The notes: generated from the letters alone by a model not told the origin. Counted from the first letter of the stretch, positions 12,241 through 27,408 are shown. The stretch: DNA of 64,000 bases from the human T2T-CHM13v2.0 reference genome, Homo sapiens (GCF_009914755.1 NC_060932.1); one strand, 5' to 3'. Numbers and translations: made by a program.

Positions 12241-13248
12241 CAAACAAACCTGGAAGCCCATGGTGGGAACCCTGGCTGAAGACATATTTTGAGTGATTTG
12301 CCTAATGCTTTGCACCTGACTTTTCTGTGTAGCTGTTTGAGTTGTGACCCAGCCTCAGTCTCTCCCTGAAAGACAGGACCCCCTCTGTACTCTTCTCCAG
12401 GCAAGTGGAGGACTCCTCTCCAGGCAATGCTCCCCATTCTCCCTCAAATACACACTCCTGGACCTGGCCTAGTATCCATAGTCCCCTAGCTCTCACCTAG
12501 CAAAACTCTGCTATGGCTTCCTCCCACCACCCTCAAGCTGCCATCCCATCCCCAAATCTCAGTCTCCCATGTTCATTGAGGACATCACCTGGAACTGCTC
12601 CATTTCTGAAGTACATCCATGTGCTGCCTATAACCATAGCTTCCCATCCTTCCTGCCTGACTGATTTTATTTCACCTGCTTGAACCTCATGGAGGCCCCC
12701 ATTCTTTCAGCTTCTCCCCAAGTACCTGCCCCATCCTGATGCCTCACTGTGTACTCCTCCCCTCTTCATCTATCCTGTCTTCTGCATGAGCTCCTGAATG
12801 CTGCTGGGGGGTTACCCAGTTGTGTGTACTGGGACCCCTGCCTATTGCTTTATTGTCTGCAACCCAAAGTGAGGTTTAGCAGTCCTTTTCTACAAGTCCA
12901 TTGGTGACTTCTTCTAACCTTTAAAACTTCACTCTCTAAGCTTCATTCCACAACACTTTAATTGGCTACTAATGCTGTGTAGGAGAGCACTGTTTTGTCA
13001 TGCTTTGTTCTGCATGAACAAAAGTGCTATGCTCCCTCTGTCCCAAGTGTCTGCTCCAACAGATCCCACTGCCTAGAATACTGCTTCTCTTAATTATTGA
13101 GATTCTTAAATATCAAGTCATTACCTTTTGCATTATCTTTTTCTTCCCATTGACTAGTTTATTTTAATACTTAGTATGTCAATTAGAATTAGGTTTGAAA
13201 GTACAGAAAATTGCCAAATAACATTAGCATAAACAAAATAGAAATTTT

Positions 13249-13550
13249 AGGTTGGGTGCGGTGGCTCATGCCTGTAATCCCAGTACTCTGGGAGACTGAG
13301 GTGGGAGGATAACTTGAGGCAGGAGTTTCAGACCAGCTTGGGTAACATAGTGAAACCCCACCTCTACATAAACATTTAAAAATGAGCAGGAGTGGTGGTG
13401 TGCATCTGTAATCCTAGATAATCAGGAGGCTGAAGCAGGAGGATTGCTTGAGCCCAGGAGTTTGAGGCTGCAGTGAGCTATCATCATACCACTGAACTCC
13501 AGCCTGACAACAGAGTGAGACCCTGTCTCTATAAAAAAAGAAAAAAAAAA
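13249..13550 (+). mobile_element. AluJ
   Basis: Diverged full dimer with 'ggattgcttgagcccaggagtttgaggctgcagtgagcta'. Confidence 0.9.
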
Positions 13551-13559
13551 TGGAAGTTT

Positions 13560-13975
13560 TATCCTAATCCTGTACAACTTCAAGGGCAGACAGTGAAGGT
13601 CTGATATGTGTTTACTGCAAGTCTTAAGGATCAATTCTCTTTCAGCTTTGCTTCCTCATCCTGAGGCTGTGCCACTGTCTTTGTGGTCCAAGATGGGGAC
13701 TAGACTCAAATTCCAGGCAGCAGGGTAGAGGAAGGAATAAAAAAAGGGTAGAAGGCTCACACTGACTGTCTTTCTAGGAAGCTCCCCAGGAGCTTACTAC
13801 CAATATTTTGTTTATATCCTGTCAGGTCAACTTCATCACACCTAGCTGCAAGGGAAGCTGAGATACACAGTCTTTCTTAAGGGAAGCTGAGATACACAGT
13901 CTTTCTTTTGGGAAACTGTGTTTCCAGCTAAAAATTCTATTAGTGTGAGAGAAGAGGAGCAGTGAATATTGGAGG
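13560..13975. mobile_element. MLT1-like MaLR LTR fragment
   Basis: 'tggtccaagatgg...cacacctagctgcaagggaagctg...cagctaaaaattctatta...gaatattgg' is typical of MLT1. Confidence 0.55.
13850..13907 (+). repeat. Perfect 29-bp tandem duplication
   Basis: AAGGGAAGCTGAGATACACAGTCTTTCTT x2. Confidence 0.9.
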
Positions 13976-15248
13976 ACAAGAAGAGGGTTAGGCCATATGT
14001 ATCTACATTTAAAAAGATACCTAAATATGACATCATAATCCAGATGAATCTAGATTTCAAAGGTATTCCTACCCAATCTTAATCTCCTTTGTTGGAAAGT
14101 CTGACATTTAGACTCAGTAGTTCTTACTCCAAGCAAGTCACTACATTTCCAGGGGTTTTTCTCTTATTAGGTAGTACAAGAATCCAGCGCTGTGACCTTC
14201 TTGGGATGAGGCATAGATGTAAGCTGAAAGGGAGTGGAGATAAAGGTATAAGTAGAGTGAAAGGCTCAGTAATTATATACAAATAAAGGATTTTACATGT
14301 TGACACTTTTGATCATGACCCCTGAGCCTCACTGGCTGGATTTGCTTTCTACTGTGTTTTTCCCTGGACTTTCTGGGGAGGGTGCTCTGCTCTCTACCAG
14401 GCACCTGCAGTTCCACCCCGGGCAGCTGGAGGGCTCTGTTCCACCACGGGCCACTGTGAACGCACATTTATTACCCGGTGTCAGTTGACGCCCTTCTCCA
14501 ATCGCCCAAGAGAAGATGGCTTCAAAGGCCACAAACAATCTCCACGGCAGGACAGAGTGCTGGCTGCCGCTGCTTGGGAGCCAGGCCTGCACCCCATAGA
14601 GTCAGCTCTGGTTTAGAGCCAGCCCTTCCACCCTTGCCACCTTCAGCCGCTAGCCCAAATCTCAACGCTCTTCTCGCCCATTCCCAAACATCTCTGCGCT
14701 TCTCCCTTCCCCATCCGATCATTTCTGTTTCCATTATTTTTCTTTCTTCGCAGTTCCTTCCACGGTGTCTTTGGAAATGCTGATTCCTCTCTTGGCTTTG
14801 TGCTGTTTTTATTCGCCAAACCTATTCCGTTGTAAACCGACTTCTCTGAATCTCCAACCTCACCACAGGACCAGCCCTCCTTCCCTCTTCCTTGGCTGAG
14901 GGTGCACCGCTCCTGCCTCAGCATCTCCTTGGGCTCTGTAAGTTGCTTTCTTTCTTCCTGCAGACTTGCAAGAGCTCCCCTACTTTGAAAGGAGTCTTTG
15001 ATGCTCTGTTCCTTTCTCTGCTTTCATCACCAAATAAGGAAATTCATAGTACCCTCTGCTCCCATGGCTTCCCACCACTCCTAGCTTAATTTTTTGTCAT
15101 CTAGTTGTACTCGACACATCTCTATGAAATGAACACCATGATATCATCAGTGAACTTTGAATTATCTAATTCTCTATTTTACCTAATCTGGTAAAGGCAT
15201 CAGACTCCTTGATTGTAACATGGCACCATTGCCATTGCCCATTCATCA

Positions 15249-15575
<327 letters not shown>

Positions 15576-15639
15576 CTACATATTATGGTGTTTCCTTACC
15601 TTTTATGATATTGTATTCAGTAATAAAATAATAATATAG

Positions 15640-15885
15640 CAAACATTTAATGAGCACTTATTTTGTGACAGGCAGACTATAAGGTGCTGTATACACATGT
15701 TTCATTTAACCTTCAAAATAACTCTATGAGGTAGAGGAAATTATTATCCCTACTTTTACAGATAAGAAAACTGAGACTTGGTGGCTTACAGAAGTTAAGT
15801 GATGTGCGTAAGATGACAGATCTAGTAAGAGTGAGAGGTGGAATCAAACCCAGGCTTACTGAATTCCAAAGCACTGATTTTTTGC
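15640..15885 (-). mobile_element. MIR
   Basis: 'attatccctacttttacagataagaaaactgag...aagttaagtga'. Confidence 0.75.
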
Positions 15886-16075
15886 CAGCAGAGTGCATTG
15901 TTACTATTCTGGAAATCTGTAGTTCCTCTTTTCCTAATTACACTTTCAATATGAAACTTTCCCAGGACTCAGTTTGGGATACCTGCTCACCTGTCTATAG
16001 ACATTCACTTTCACAGGGAAGTGTTGACTTTCGTGGGGTGAACTCTCTCCTTTACTTACTTTAAAAACCTGTCAC

Positions 16076-17060
16076 TATGGAAAAAATTTAAACATACACA
16101 AAAATAGGAAGAACTGTATAACCACAACCCCCTCCCCAGGTACTATCACCCAAGTCCAACAATCATCAATTTCTGGCCACTCTTGTTTCCTCTGTACCCA
16201 ACTGTCCCCATTTCCCACCCTCATTGGGTTTTTTATTTATTTACTTTTGAGACAGGGTCTTGCTCTGTTTCACAGGCTAGAGTGCAGTGGTGCGATCACA
16301 GCTTACCGCAGCCCTGACCTGGAGGTTGAGGGGCTCAAGTCATTCTCCTACCTCAGGCTCCCAAGTAGCTGGGACTACAGTTGCATGCCACCACACCTGA
16401 TTAATTTTTGTATTTTTCGTAGAGACAGGGTTTTGCCATGTTGCCCAGACCGGTCTCAAACTGCTGGGCTCAAGGGATCCACCTGCCTTGGCCTCCTAAA
16501 GTGCTGGGATTACAGGCATGAGCAAACGCGCCTGGCCTATCCCACTGGATTATTTAAGGCAAATGCCAGAAATCATATCAGTTCATCTGTAAAGATTTCA
16601 GTGTATATCTCACACATATAAGGACTCATTAAAAAACCCCAACCACAATAACAAAAATATATCTAAAAATTAAAAAGAATTTCTTAATGTCAGTGAATAT
16701 TCAGTGACATCAAATTTCCTCAATTGTGTAGTACTTTTTTTTTTTCTAAGAGCTGTTTTATTAGATCAGGACTCAAATAAGGCCAATAAGTCACACTTGG
16801 TCGATGTGGCTCTTTAAGTGCCTTTTAATCTTTAGATTCTCCTTCCCTCTTTTTTACTTTTTTCTTGAGATTTATTTGTTGAAAACGTTGGTTCAGTAGT
16901 CCTGTGTAATATCCCACATTCTGGGTTTTGTTGATTGAATCCCCATTTTGTTAACACGTTTGTCTCACCCAAATTTCCAGTGAATTGGTAATCAGATTTA
17001 GAGGCTTGATCTGATTCAAGTTCATTTTTTGGCAAGATTTCATGGGTTATACTAGGTACT
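16076..17060 (-). mobile_element. Old L1 (L1ME/MC-like) fragment containing an AluJ
   Basis: 'aaaatttaaacatacacaaaaatag...ggattatttaaggcaaatgccagaaatcatatc'. Confidence 0.5.
16228..16537 (-). mobile_element. AluJ
   Basis: Reverse-complement dimer starting with a T-rich tail. Confidence 0.9.
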
Positions 17061-17083
17061 GCCATTAGAAATCCTGTTTACCA

Positions 17084-17792
<709 letters not shown>

Positions 17793-18138
17793 AGAAATCA
17801 CATTTGCTTAGTTGGTATTCAGGTTGATCCTTTTACCTTCAGCTAACTGCTACATCATTTCACTTGGATATTCTGCCATCTCTCAAAATTAACATGTGTA
17901 AAAGCAAATTTATCTTCCCTCCATACAAGCTTTCCCTCCTGACACCTTCTCTGTTTCTGCTATCATTTCTATTGTTCTTTTAAATCACTTGCGGTCCAGA
18001 TCTCAGTCATCTTGCCCTTTTCCTCAGCTCCCACATTCAGTCATAAAGACCTGCCAGTTCTCCTTCTAGAGTATTCAAACCCTCTCCCTTTGATTCTACC
18101 ACCCACTACCCTAATACAGGCTCTAAATGTATTACAAC

Positions 18139-18272
18139 TGGCTGTGGCTTATGCCTGCAATCTCAGCACTTTGGGAGGCTGAGGTGGAAGAATCACTTGA
18201 GCTCAGGAGTTCAAGACCAGCGTGGGCAACAAAGCAAGACCCTGTCTCTACAAAATTAAATTAAATTAAAAA
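18139..18272 (+). mobile_element. FLAM-C / Alu left monomer
   Basis: Monomer with an A-rich tail and degenerate TSD AAA(T/A)GTATTACA. Confidence 0.8.
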
Positions 18273-19152
18273 GTATTACATTTACCTCCCACTGGTCTCT
18301 TTTTCCTCAGTTCCATCCCATATACTGCCACTTGACAAATCACCCATCGCATCAGCGGCATCTTTTTCTGTGCTTCCTTATTCACAAACCTTCAATAGTG
18401 ACCCATTACCCGTTAAATAAAGTGTAAACTACTGAGAGTAGTTCAACATAGCCTAGTCCTAATCTACATTTCCAGCCTACCACACAATTCATATTGCTTA
18501 ACATTAGATACTTATTCCACAGCCGCGGAAATCGGCAGACTTGAACATGCTTAGGTCAATGTCATATCTGACATTCTCTCTTAGCGTTGAATACTGGAGA
18601 CTCAACAGTGACACAAGTGCTGGAATAAGACAAAGCTCTCTGAGGATAATGCTGGATGTGTCTTGGGAGACACCAGGGGAAGGGAAAGTTGTCTGTCACC
18701 CTGGCAAAACGCTGGTTGCTGCTTTCTTTTCTTATTATTCTTTCATAATAAGATGTGTACACTTCTACCTGTTTGTTTGATTCTTAAAACATGGGACTTG
18801 CCGTGGACCCGCAATGCAGAATGCCAGCCACCTAGGCTCTGCCCTCGTATCACCTGCTGTCTGTCTCTCATTACAAACCCAACACACAAACACGCAACAA
18901 CACAAAGAATTCTCAGCTACTCTTCCAAGAACTCTGTTAAAGTAGACCAGTGGACACCTGCATCCCGAAAGGCCTTCAGCCAAGACACTCCTGAGCATTC
19001 TCCTGGATCACATTGATCCCGCCTAGTGCCACAACGTACTGTCCCGTATGTGAATTTCCATGAGACATTTATAAAATTTGGTGACAGAAAGAACTAGTAT
19101 TGAAAGAGCTGGTACACCATCTTTCTGTCCATAGTAAAAGTTATCTTATAAG

Positions 19153-19449
19153 CTTTTTTTTTTTCCTGTTTTTAGGGTCTCACTCTTGCCCAGGTTGGAG
19201 TGCAGTGGTGTGATGATGGCTTACTGTAGTCTTGAACTCCTGAGCTCAGGTGATACTCCTGCCTCAGCCTCCCAAGTAGCTATGACTACAGCACCCACCA
19301 CCACACACAGCTAATGTTTTAAGATTCTTTTTGTAGAGATAAGGTCTCACTATGTTAGCAAGCTAGTCTCAAATTCCTGGCCTCAAATGATCCTCCCGCA
19401 TCTGTCTCCCAAAGATGTTGGATTACAGGCATGAGCCACCTCGCCAGCC
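19153..19449 (-). mobile_element. AluJ
   Basis: Diverged reverse dimer. TSD TTATAAGCTT. Confidence 0.88.
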
Positions 19450-19789
19450 ACTTTATAAGCTTCTTAATATGTATTTGGGAATGAGCTGGTGTATACATTA
19501 AATGAATAAAATACCACCACTTTCCTTTGCCTCAGGCAAAGGTCAATTTTTCACCTAAGACTAAGTTTGCATATTTTGTGTCTTCTAATTGGACTGGTGT
19601 CTCACCCTGCTCTCCTACAACTCTTCCCTGTCCCTAAATTCTAGCCATCCTGTAGAGCTCATTTGAAGACCCCCTCCTCCTCCATGAACTGCCTGCCTGC
19701 CCTAGCCAATAGCAAGCCTTCCTTCCTCTGAGAGCCTCTCATGTTGTCTTATGCTATTCATTTGCCACTTACCACACAGTCTTTTATCG

Positions 19790-20230
19790 TTAGTTTTATA
19801 AACTTTGTTTAAATTTGAAAGTAATATGTGCACACAGAAAATTTAAACTATACAAAAGAGGAGCCCAGGAAAAAAGTCTTTTTGCATCCACAATTCTTCA
19901 CCCTAGAGGCAACCACTATTGCTAGTTCTCTGTGTATAATTTTAGATACAGCCTATGCATTTGCAAACATATACACACAAATACACATATATGTACATAT
20001 GTACAAATATATGTGTATATGTATGTACATTTGTAAATCCTTTCTTTTTTCCCCATGGTTATGATCAAACCATATACACTCTTCTGAGCCTAGAATTTTT
20101 GTCGTTTTTTGTGCAATAGCATAGCTTGAAGATTACAGCACATCGGCACATAAATATCTACCTCATCCTTTCTAATGCCTGCATAGTTCCTATCATAAAG
20201 ATAAACCATAGTTTATTTGATTAGGTATGT
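19790..20230 (-). mobile_element. L1ME-like fragment with a (TA/CA)-rich simple repeat at ~19968-20030
   Basis: 'ccctagaggcaaccactattgctagtt...aaatatctacctcatcctttctaat'. Confidence 0.5.
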
Positions 20231-20437
20231 CATCATGGTTTGTATCTCTGATTCAGTGTACTTTTTCTGAGGGCAGTGGAGAAAATATGTGTATGTTTCG
20301 TGTATTCGTCCATGAATCCAGTACAGTACCTTCCACATAGGAAAAACTCAATAAATAAATACTTGTCAATTTTCATTAGTGAATAGTCAAGTAACAAGTC
20401 ATTATAACTTATAATAATATTTAGAAATAACTTGAGA

Positions 20438-20727
20438 GGCTGGGTGCAGTGGCTCACGCCTGTAATCCCAGCATTTTGGAAGGCCAAGGGTGGAGGATTG
20501 CTGGAGCCCAGAAGTTGAGACCAGCCTGGGCAACATAGTGAGACTCCATTTCTACAAAAAATTTTAAAAATTAGCTGTACATGGTGGCATGCACCTGTAG
20601 TTCCAGCTACTCAGGAGGCTGAGGTGGGAGGAATGCTTGAGCCTGGGAGGAAAAGGCTGCAGTGGGCCAAGACTGTGCCACTGTACTCTAGCCTGGGAGA
20701 TAGAGCAGGACTCTGTCTCAAAAAAAT
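20438..20727 (+). mobile_element. AluJ
   Basis: Full dimer. TSD AAATAACTTGAGA. Confidence 0.9.
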
Positions 20728-21130
20728 AAATAACTTGAGAAAGTCTTATAGCATTATTCAATCACCACATGTGTCCTTCATTGATATTTTCTATGGGCCT
20801 TTGTTATTATCTACAGCACTGTTTGGAAAGGCTTGACCCTGAGGTATACTAAGTTTCAGCACCTCAGCTCATGAAGAGCAAGGGCTAGGCTGAGGGGATC
20901 TGACGCCACTGCAGTGGCTCCAGCCTTAGATCCCATGCCCAAAGACAAGAGCAGGGAATCTGCAGGTCCAAGAGGGCCACTCCAAGGACATAGCACAGTA
21001 GCTTACTAGAAAGCCAGCCTCAGTTCCCCTCCCAAGAGGAAAGACCTTCACCAGGGAGTGGGCAAAGAGATGAGGGGATCTGGCATGAACTGGTCTGGGG
21101 AAAGGAGGAGTTACAAAATAGCAGGATCTT

Positions 21131-21433
21131 GGCCGGGCATGGTGGCTTACGCCTGTAATCCCAGCACTTTGGGAGGCCAAGGTGGGCAGATCACCTGAGT
21201 CTGGGAGTTTGAGACCTGACGTGGAGAAACCCCATCTCTACTAAAAATACAAAATTAGCTGGGTGTGGTGGCACACGCCTGTAATCCCAGCTACTTGGGA
21301 GGCTGAGGCAGGAGAATTGCTTGAACCTGGGAGGCGGAGGTTGTGGTGAGCTGGAGATGGTGCCATTGCACTCCATCCTGGGCGACAAGAATGAAACTCT
21401 GTCTCAAACAAACAAACAAACAAACAAACAAAA
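21131..21433 (+). mobile_element. AluS (Sq/Sp-like) with a (CAAA)n tail
   Basis: Full dimer. Degenerate TSD AAA(A/G)TAG(C/T)AGGATCT. Confidence 0.9.
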
Positions 21434-21489
21434 ACCCAAAGTAGTAGGATCTCACTTGGACAGGTCCCAGTCTTAAAAAGGCACGAGGC

Positions 21490-21980
21490 TACACCTGTGT
21501 TCATAGCAGCATTCCTCACAATAGCTAAAAGGTGGAGGCAGGCCAGTGTCTGCGGACATATGAATGGATAAACAAAATGTACCATATATACCCAACAGAC
21601 TATTACTCATCCTTAATAAGCAAGGACATTCTGACACATGCCACAACATGGATGAACATTCAAAACATTATGATAAGTGAATAAGCTAAGGACAAAAGGT
21701 CACATACTGTGTGATTCCATTGATATGAGGTACCTAAAGCAGGCAAATTCATAGAGACAAGAAGTAGAATGGTGGCTGCCAATGGCTGGGAAGTGGGGAA
21801 ATTGAGTTATTTTTCATGGGTACACAGTGTCTGTTGGGGAAGATGAAAAGGTTCTGGAGATGGGCGGTAACGATGGTAGCACAATGATATGAATGTACTT
21901 AACGCCACTGATGTGCACACTTAAAAATGGTTGAAACGTAATATACTTTATGTTATGTATATTTTACCACAAAAAAAAGG
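21490..21980 (+). mobile_element. L1MB-type 3' end
   Basis: 'gttcatagcagcattcctcacaatagc...aatggataaacaaaatgt...cacttaaaaatggtt...tatattttaccac' plus an A tail. Confidence 0.85.
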
Positions 21981-24724
21981 CATGAGGGAGGAAACATACA
22001 ATTAGAATATGGTATTATTTATCAAAATTCAGTCATTTTTATTCTACTGCCTTGATTTTTGCCATCTCTGAATCCACTGTTTTACCCTCTGTGAGTAGGG
22101 CCTCACAATATTACATTTTCTTTTCCTGAGAGAGGTAATAAACGAATAGGCTGTCAGGGAAACATGTGAAGCAGTACTTAATCGACTTTAGGCCCAGGTG
22201 ACTTATAAGTGGCCCAAGGGCAATGGCTTTTGAGGGCCCCACAACAGCAGCTGTGGGAAAAGGAACGGGCTAAAAAGGGTGGAGGGTTTGCAGTTCTGCA
22301 GCCAGGTCAGCTTCTGTCTTTTTGACCTCATGGGGCTCTAGCATATGAACTGAGGGCAGCAGCATGCATGGCATACCTGGAGAGTCTCCAGAGGGGAGCT
22401 TAGAAAATGGCCTAGTAAGAATTCTTGCTAGGTTTCTAGATGAAAAGCCTCAGTATAGCAGCTCAATCATGTAAACACATTATAAACATGTTAAAAAGTA
22501 ATTACTCTGGAGGAAGTTAACTATGTTAAAATACAAATTAAGATAAAATTAAGAATGTTTCTGCTTTCAGAGTCAAGTACACAGAATATTTTTTAAAATG
22601 ATGTTTGCCTTTCTGTATCCAGTCATCCCAAGGCCTTCATGCCACATTTACTGGTATTTGTGCAGTGTCACCTGTGTGTCAGACTCTGTGCTAGGTGTTG
22701 GCTGAACTAACTTCTTACAAATCTGAGAAATGTGTTGAGCATGTGGGTACCCATGACTGCTGTATTTCAGTGTGGAGCAGTTAGCCAGAGAAAAGTCAGT
22801 GTTTCTACCCAAGAGAAGGAATTAATCACAGTTGGATGCATAATTCTCAAGTCAGTCTTATCTAGAGTTGCAGTGTATGGTAACATCTTGTGGGAATCAC
22901 AGTGCAGACTTGCCCATCACATGTGACTTTTCCCCTTTCACAACAGAGGAAAGTATAAACAATTGGAAGTAAAGGAGCTCAGCTCAAAGTGGATCACCAG
23001 AAAGGCAAGCCATCTTCTGGCAGTTATTAGATTTCCATTTGGGGAAAAGCATTGATCAGGGGGTTAGAAGATCTGGGTTTGGATCCCATCCTTGTCTTTC
23101 ACAGCAGGGTGACCTTGGGCAACCTCTCTGAGCCTCACATTCCTCTCCTGTAAAATGACAGTTGTATGTACATGATCTGCAAAGACCAAGTTCAATATTC
23201 TATCTACCATGCATATTTTGACCAAGGGGGAAGAAGAGAAAGAGGACTGGAGTACCATGTGTGAGGAAAAGTTATTGGAAAATATTTAACCAGTTAAATG
23301 AGGAGTATTCTGAGGTCTGACACACAAGACAGGATATTAGGCAACTTTAAATTATGACCTATTCTCACTTTACGTATTAAAGTACAACTTTAAGTTTGGC
23401 ATAGGTTGGTCTACAATTATCCAAAAACTTGCAGTGATAATATTAATGTCCCACTATATGATATTGGCACTACCGAGATCATCAGAGCAAAAACAGTTGT
23501 TGGCCTGATTAACACCAGCCATCCGGGGACTTAATGGAATAGAAGAAAGAGGAGACATGCTTAGTTATTTGTTGTTGCTAACACATTTATTTCCAAAAAA
23601 AGGATTTGAGATGACCAGGAATCCCTACCTATCTTATGTATATTCATATACAACTCATGTTCTATATTTTAACAAAGGACCATGATAATGGCAGCTTCAT
23701 AGCTCCAAGTAACAATTCAAGCTGATCTTGCCTGGTCCCTGGAGACTCTACCCTGGCATTGGCTATGTGGCCAACCATCCCTCTGGGTCTCTCTCTGAAG
23801 AAGGGAATGACTCCCTGGGTGAATCTGGTAATTCACTGTGTATACTCCTCCCCCCAAGGGGTGAACCACACCTAAGAAAGTTGCATAACAACTTGTTGCC
23901 ATTACAGTCTCAGCTCAGGACTCAAGAAGAGTCTTTTTACTTTCTTCCTATAGCTTCTTTCTTCCCTGTAGTGGCTACTGCAAGACTTGAACACTCTCCT
24001 AGGGTCTCTTGACCACCTGTGAACATGACAATCTCAGCAGGTGATTAACCACTGAATTGGTAAGAAAAATAGAAGATATTATAAATGAATTTGCTAAGCA
24101 TTCTTCCACCTCTCTGCACTCCAACCTACAAACTTACTGCCATTTTAACCAATCTTTCTTTGATTTCAGAAAAACAGGTATAACTGCTCCCATCAACCCT
24201 GAACTTGATCTCCTCTCCCTGCCCCCAAAACCTTACTCTCCTATGTAGTTGTTTCCTTCCTACCCCTGGCTCCTGTATTTTAGTCTAGAAGAATGTCTAT
24301 CACTTTGATATTAAAACAGCAACAAAACAAAAACAAAAAACTACTAGCCTCTCTTTAATGTAAGTTCTTTCTAGATACTACCCCAGGTCTCTTCATTTTA
24401 TAACCAAGCTTCTAATAAAAGAGCTGTCTATATGTCCTCAACTCCCACTAACTTCTCACCCCTTTGCAATCTACCTTCTACTCTCAACACTTGAAACTGA
24501 AAAGGTTAACAATAACCAAATCCAATGGAGGCTTTTCATTCGTTTCCTACTTGATCTCTCTGTGACCTTTGACACAATTGCTCCTTCCCTTCTAGAAACA
24601 CTTTTACCTCGAGGTCTCATTTTTCCTTTCAGACTGATCTCTGTTAATTTTTCTTCATTGGCTTATCTTTTAATATCTTCTTTTACTGGGTTTTCTGCCC
24701 ATCTCTCAGCATATGTTTTACATG

Positions 24725-25100
24725 AATAAGCAGTGTTCCCCAGTGAATCTCACCTCTAGGGGTTTCCTATTCCACTCCACATTGATTCTGGGCTTGACCA
24801 TGGGATTGCTTTGGCCAGTAGAACATCAGCAAACCCGAAGCAGGCAGAGGACTGGTAAGTGCTTGTGTATTGGGGCTTGCCTTATTGGAAGAGAGACTGC
24901 CATGTCATCAGGATGACCAAGATGAAAAAGCAAGTGGAGAGAGACAGAGATAGAGATAGGTAGAGAGAGAGAGAGGCTCAACTACCCCAGCTTTTTCAAT
25001 TGAGTTCAACCCCCAGGTAACCCACCAGATGGATCATAATTTGTTTTAAGCCGCTAAATTTTGGAGTGGTTCTATATACAGTAATAGATAAATAAAAACG
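24725..25100. mobile_element. MLT1-like LTR
   Basis: 'ggattgctttggcca...ttgttttaagccgctaaattttggagtgg...agtaatagata'. Confidence 0.6.
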
Positions 25101-26120
25101 ATCCCTGTCATCAGCCTGATTTCCTCACCTGTCACATGTGTTCCCATGCAATCCCATCCATTTCAGTGGACTTAAGTACTGTTCATACCTCATAATTCTT
25201 ACCCCTATATCTCTAGGCCAGATAAACCTTCTAAGTTCCCGTTTCTTACTTAACAGACATCCCCATTTCAATATTCACAAACCACCTCTAAAGGAATTCC
25301 CACACCAAAGCCCTGTGTTTTTCCACAAGCTGCTCTCGCCTCCATTTCTTATCTTGGTTAGTGATGCAAGGCAGGTGGAAACCTAAAAGGGAATCTTCAC
25401 CCTTCCCTTTCATTCACTTCCCAACATCAGTCATTCATCAAATCTTACCAAACATGTCACCTAAGCATCTCTCACATCTATTCCTTGATCTCTCCCACCT
25501 CAAATGCTGCCCTGGTCCAGGACCCCATCACATGCTGGGCCTGTCACTGATGTTTACTCACCCTCAGCCTACCCTGTGGTTTGGTTCTCTGTCCCCATCG
25601 TTTTCCTGCTCACTATCTTTTTGTGCCTCCTTATGACCTAGAGGATAAGGTAAACATTTCTTCATATGCTACAAAACCCTTTCTCACTTGGCCCTTCCAT
25701 CCTCACTTTTTCCCCCTGTGTGTGCTGTGCTCTAACTGAGCCAAATTACTTGCAGTGCTGACACTAGCCTGGTGCTGTCCCATCTGTCCCATGCATGTCT
25801 CTGCCGGCTTTCCTGCCTGGTGGGCCTCCCCACACTCTGCCATCTGCAGAGTCCAGCCAGGCTCGGCTCAGTTTAAATGTCATCTCCTCTGTTGAAGCCT
25901 CTCCTGCTCAGACTTAGTCATCCCATCTTCTGAGCTATCACTGTACCCAACAATACCACAATTACACACATTTTAGTTGTAAAGACATGCTTAAATGCCT
26001 GCCCTCCCCCCAATAGATGCACAGAGCCCCCTCCAGGGTGGGGTTTGCTTCATTATTGTGTTTACAGCACCCAGCACAGTGTACAATGCACAGCAAGTGC
26101 CAATAACCATTGGTGAATCA
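25100..26120. mobile_element. L2 fragments
   Basis: Pyrimidine-rich L2-like text ending 'cagcacccagcacagtg...aataaccattggtgaat'. Confidence 0.5.
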
Positions 26121-27284
26121 TATGCTATACTTTTTCAGTTTAAATGCTTTGTAAAATTATTTTATAATTAGTTAAGTTAGCACTACAAACGTCCACTTAT
26201 TAGACTAGAAATGGAGACAATGAGTGGCCCAATATTACTTAGATTAAGGTGGGTAACAGCAAGTCATGGAACATTGGAGCTGGTAACTGAAGAGAGAAGA
26301 GCCAAAGGGGCACAGTCCAGGTGGGAGGCAGCGCCACTTTAGAACTGTTGCCCCCAGAGCTCCCTATCACTGCTCCTTCTAGACAGAGCACTGCCGTCCT
26401 CTACCACAGGGCGGAGTGGGCCTTTGCTTCTGTTTTCTCTTCCCCCATCAGAAGTCAGCCCACATGACAAGCACTTAGTAACAATCTTGAGTCTAGACAG
26501 TGCAAAGAAATAGGTGGTAGCTTTTATGTCTTCCCTTTTCTTGTCTTAGGAGGTCTTCCTCACTTTTCTCCCTGCTTCCAGTCTAGTTTTCCACATTCTT
26601 CACCCTACCAAAGAGATATTTCGAAGTACAGATCTGACTTGTTACTCTCTCACATGAAGACTCTCCAATGGCTGTCCATAACCTTTGGGGAGAAATCTAG
26701 AGCTCTCCTTGGACCTTTCTACTTATCTAGTCTAATCTACTACCTCCTTACCCCTGCCACTTAAACAAATGTGTAAACATTTATTGAGTTCTTTCTACAT
26801 GGAAGGCTCTATGGGACCTGGGGGTACTAAAAGACAAGGCACAGTCATTGTTCCCCAGAAGCTTACAGACCAATGATAAGACAGAACAAGAATTAATTAT
26901 AGTTCAACATAAGTGTGTATTGATGGAGACGGGCATCCTTGGGAGAACAAAGGAAGAACAGCCAACCCATCCTGGGAGGATCAGAGAACACTGTGGAGGA
27001 AGACTGGCTCAACCTCCATGTTCCACTCCTAATAGATCCACTTGCAGTGGCCTGGACTCACTGGGCTATGAAACCACTGTTGTCTTCTTGGGAATCCCTC
27101 CTCCCCTGCTTGTTCTGATGAATCTCCCTATTCTGATGAATTACTGTGCCTACTCAAGACACAGTGCAAGGCTCTCATCTTCTAGGAAGGCTTCCCTGAT
27201 ATCCCAGGTAGCAAAAATCACTCCCTGCTTTTTTTTTTTTTTTCTGATGCAGGAGATGAACCTGGAATCTCGTAAAAATGAGTA

Positions 27285-27408
27285 TTATTATTATTTTTTA
27301 GAGACTCACAGGCTGGCCTCAAACTCCTGCACTCAGGAGTGCAGGTCCTCCCACCTCAGCCTTCCAGTAGCTGGGACTACAGGCACATGCCACCACCATG
27401 CCCAGCCT
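27285..27408 (-). mobile_element. FLAM-like Alu monomer
   Basis: 'caggctggcctcaaactcctg...gctgggactacaggcacatgccaccaccatgcccagc'. Confidence 0.75.
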
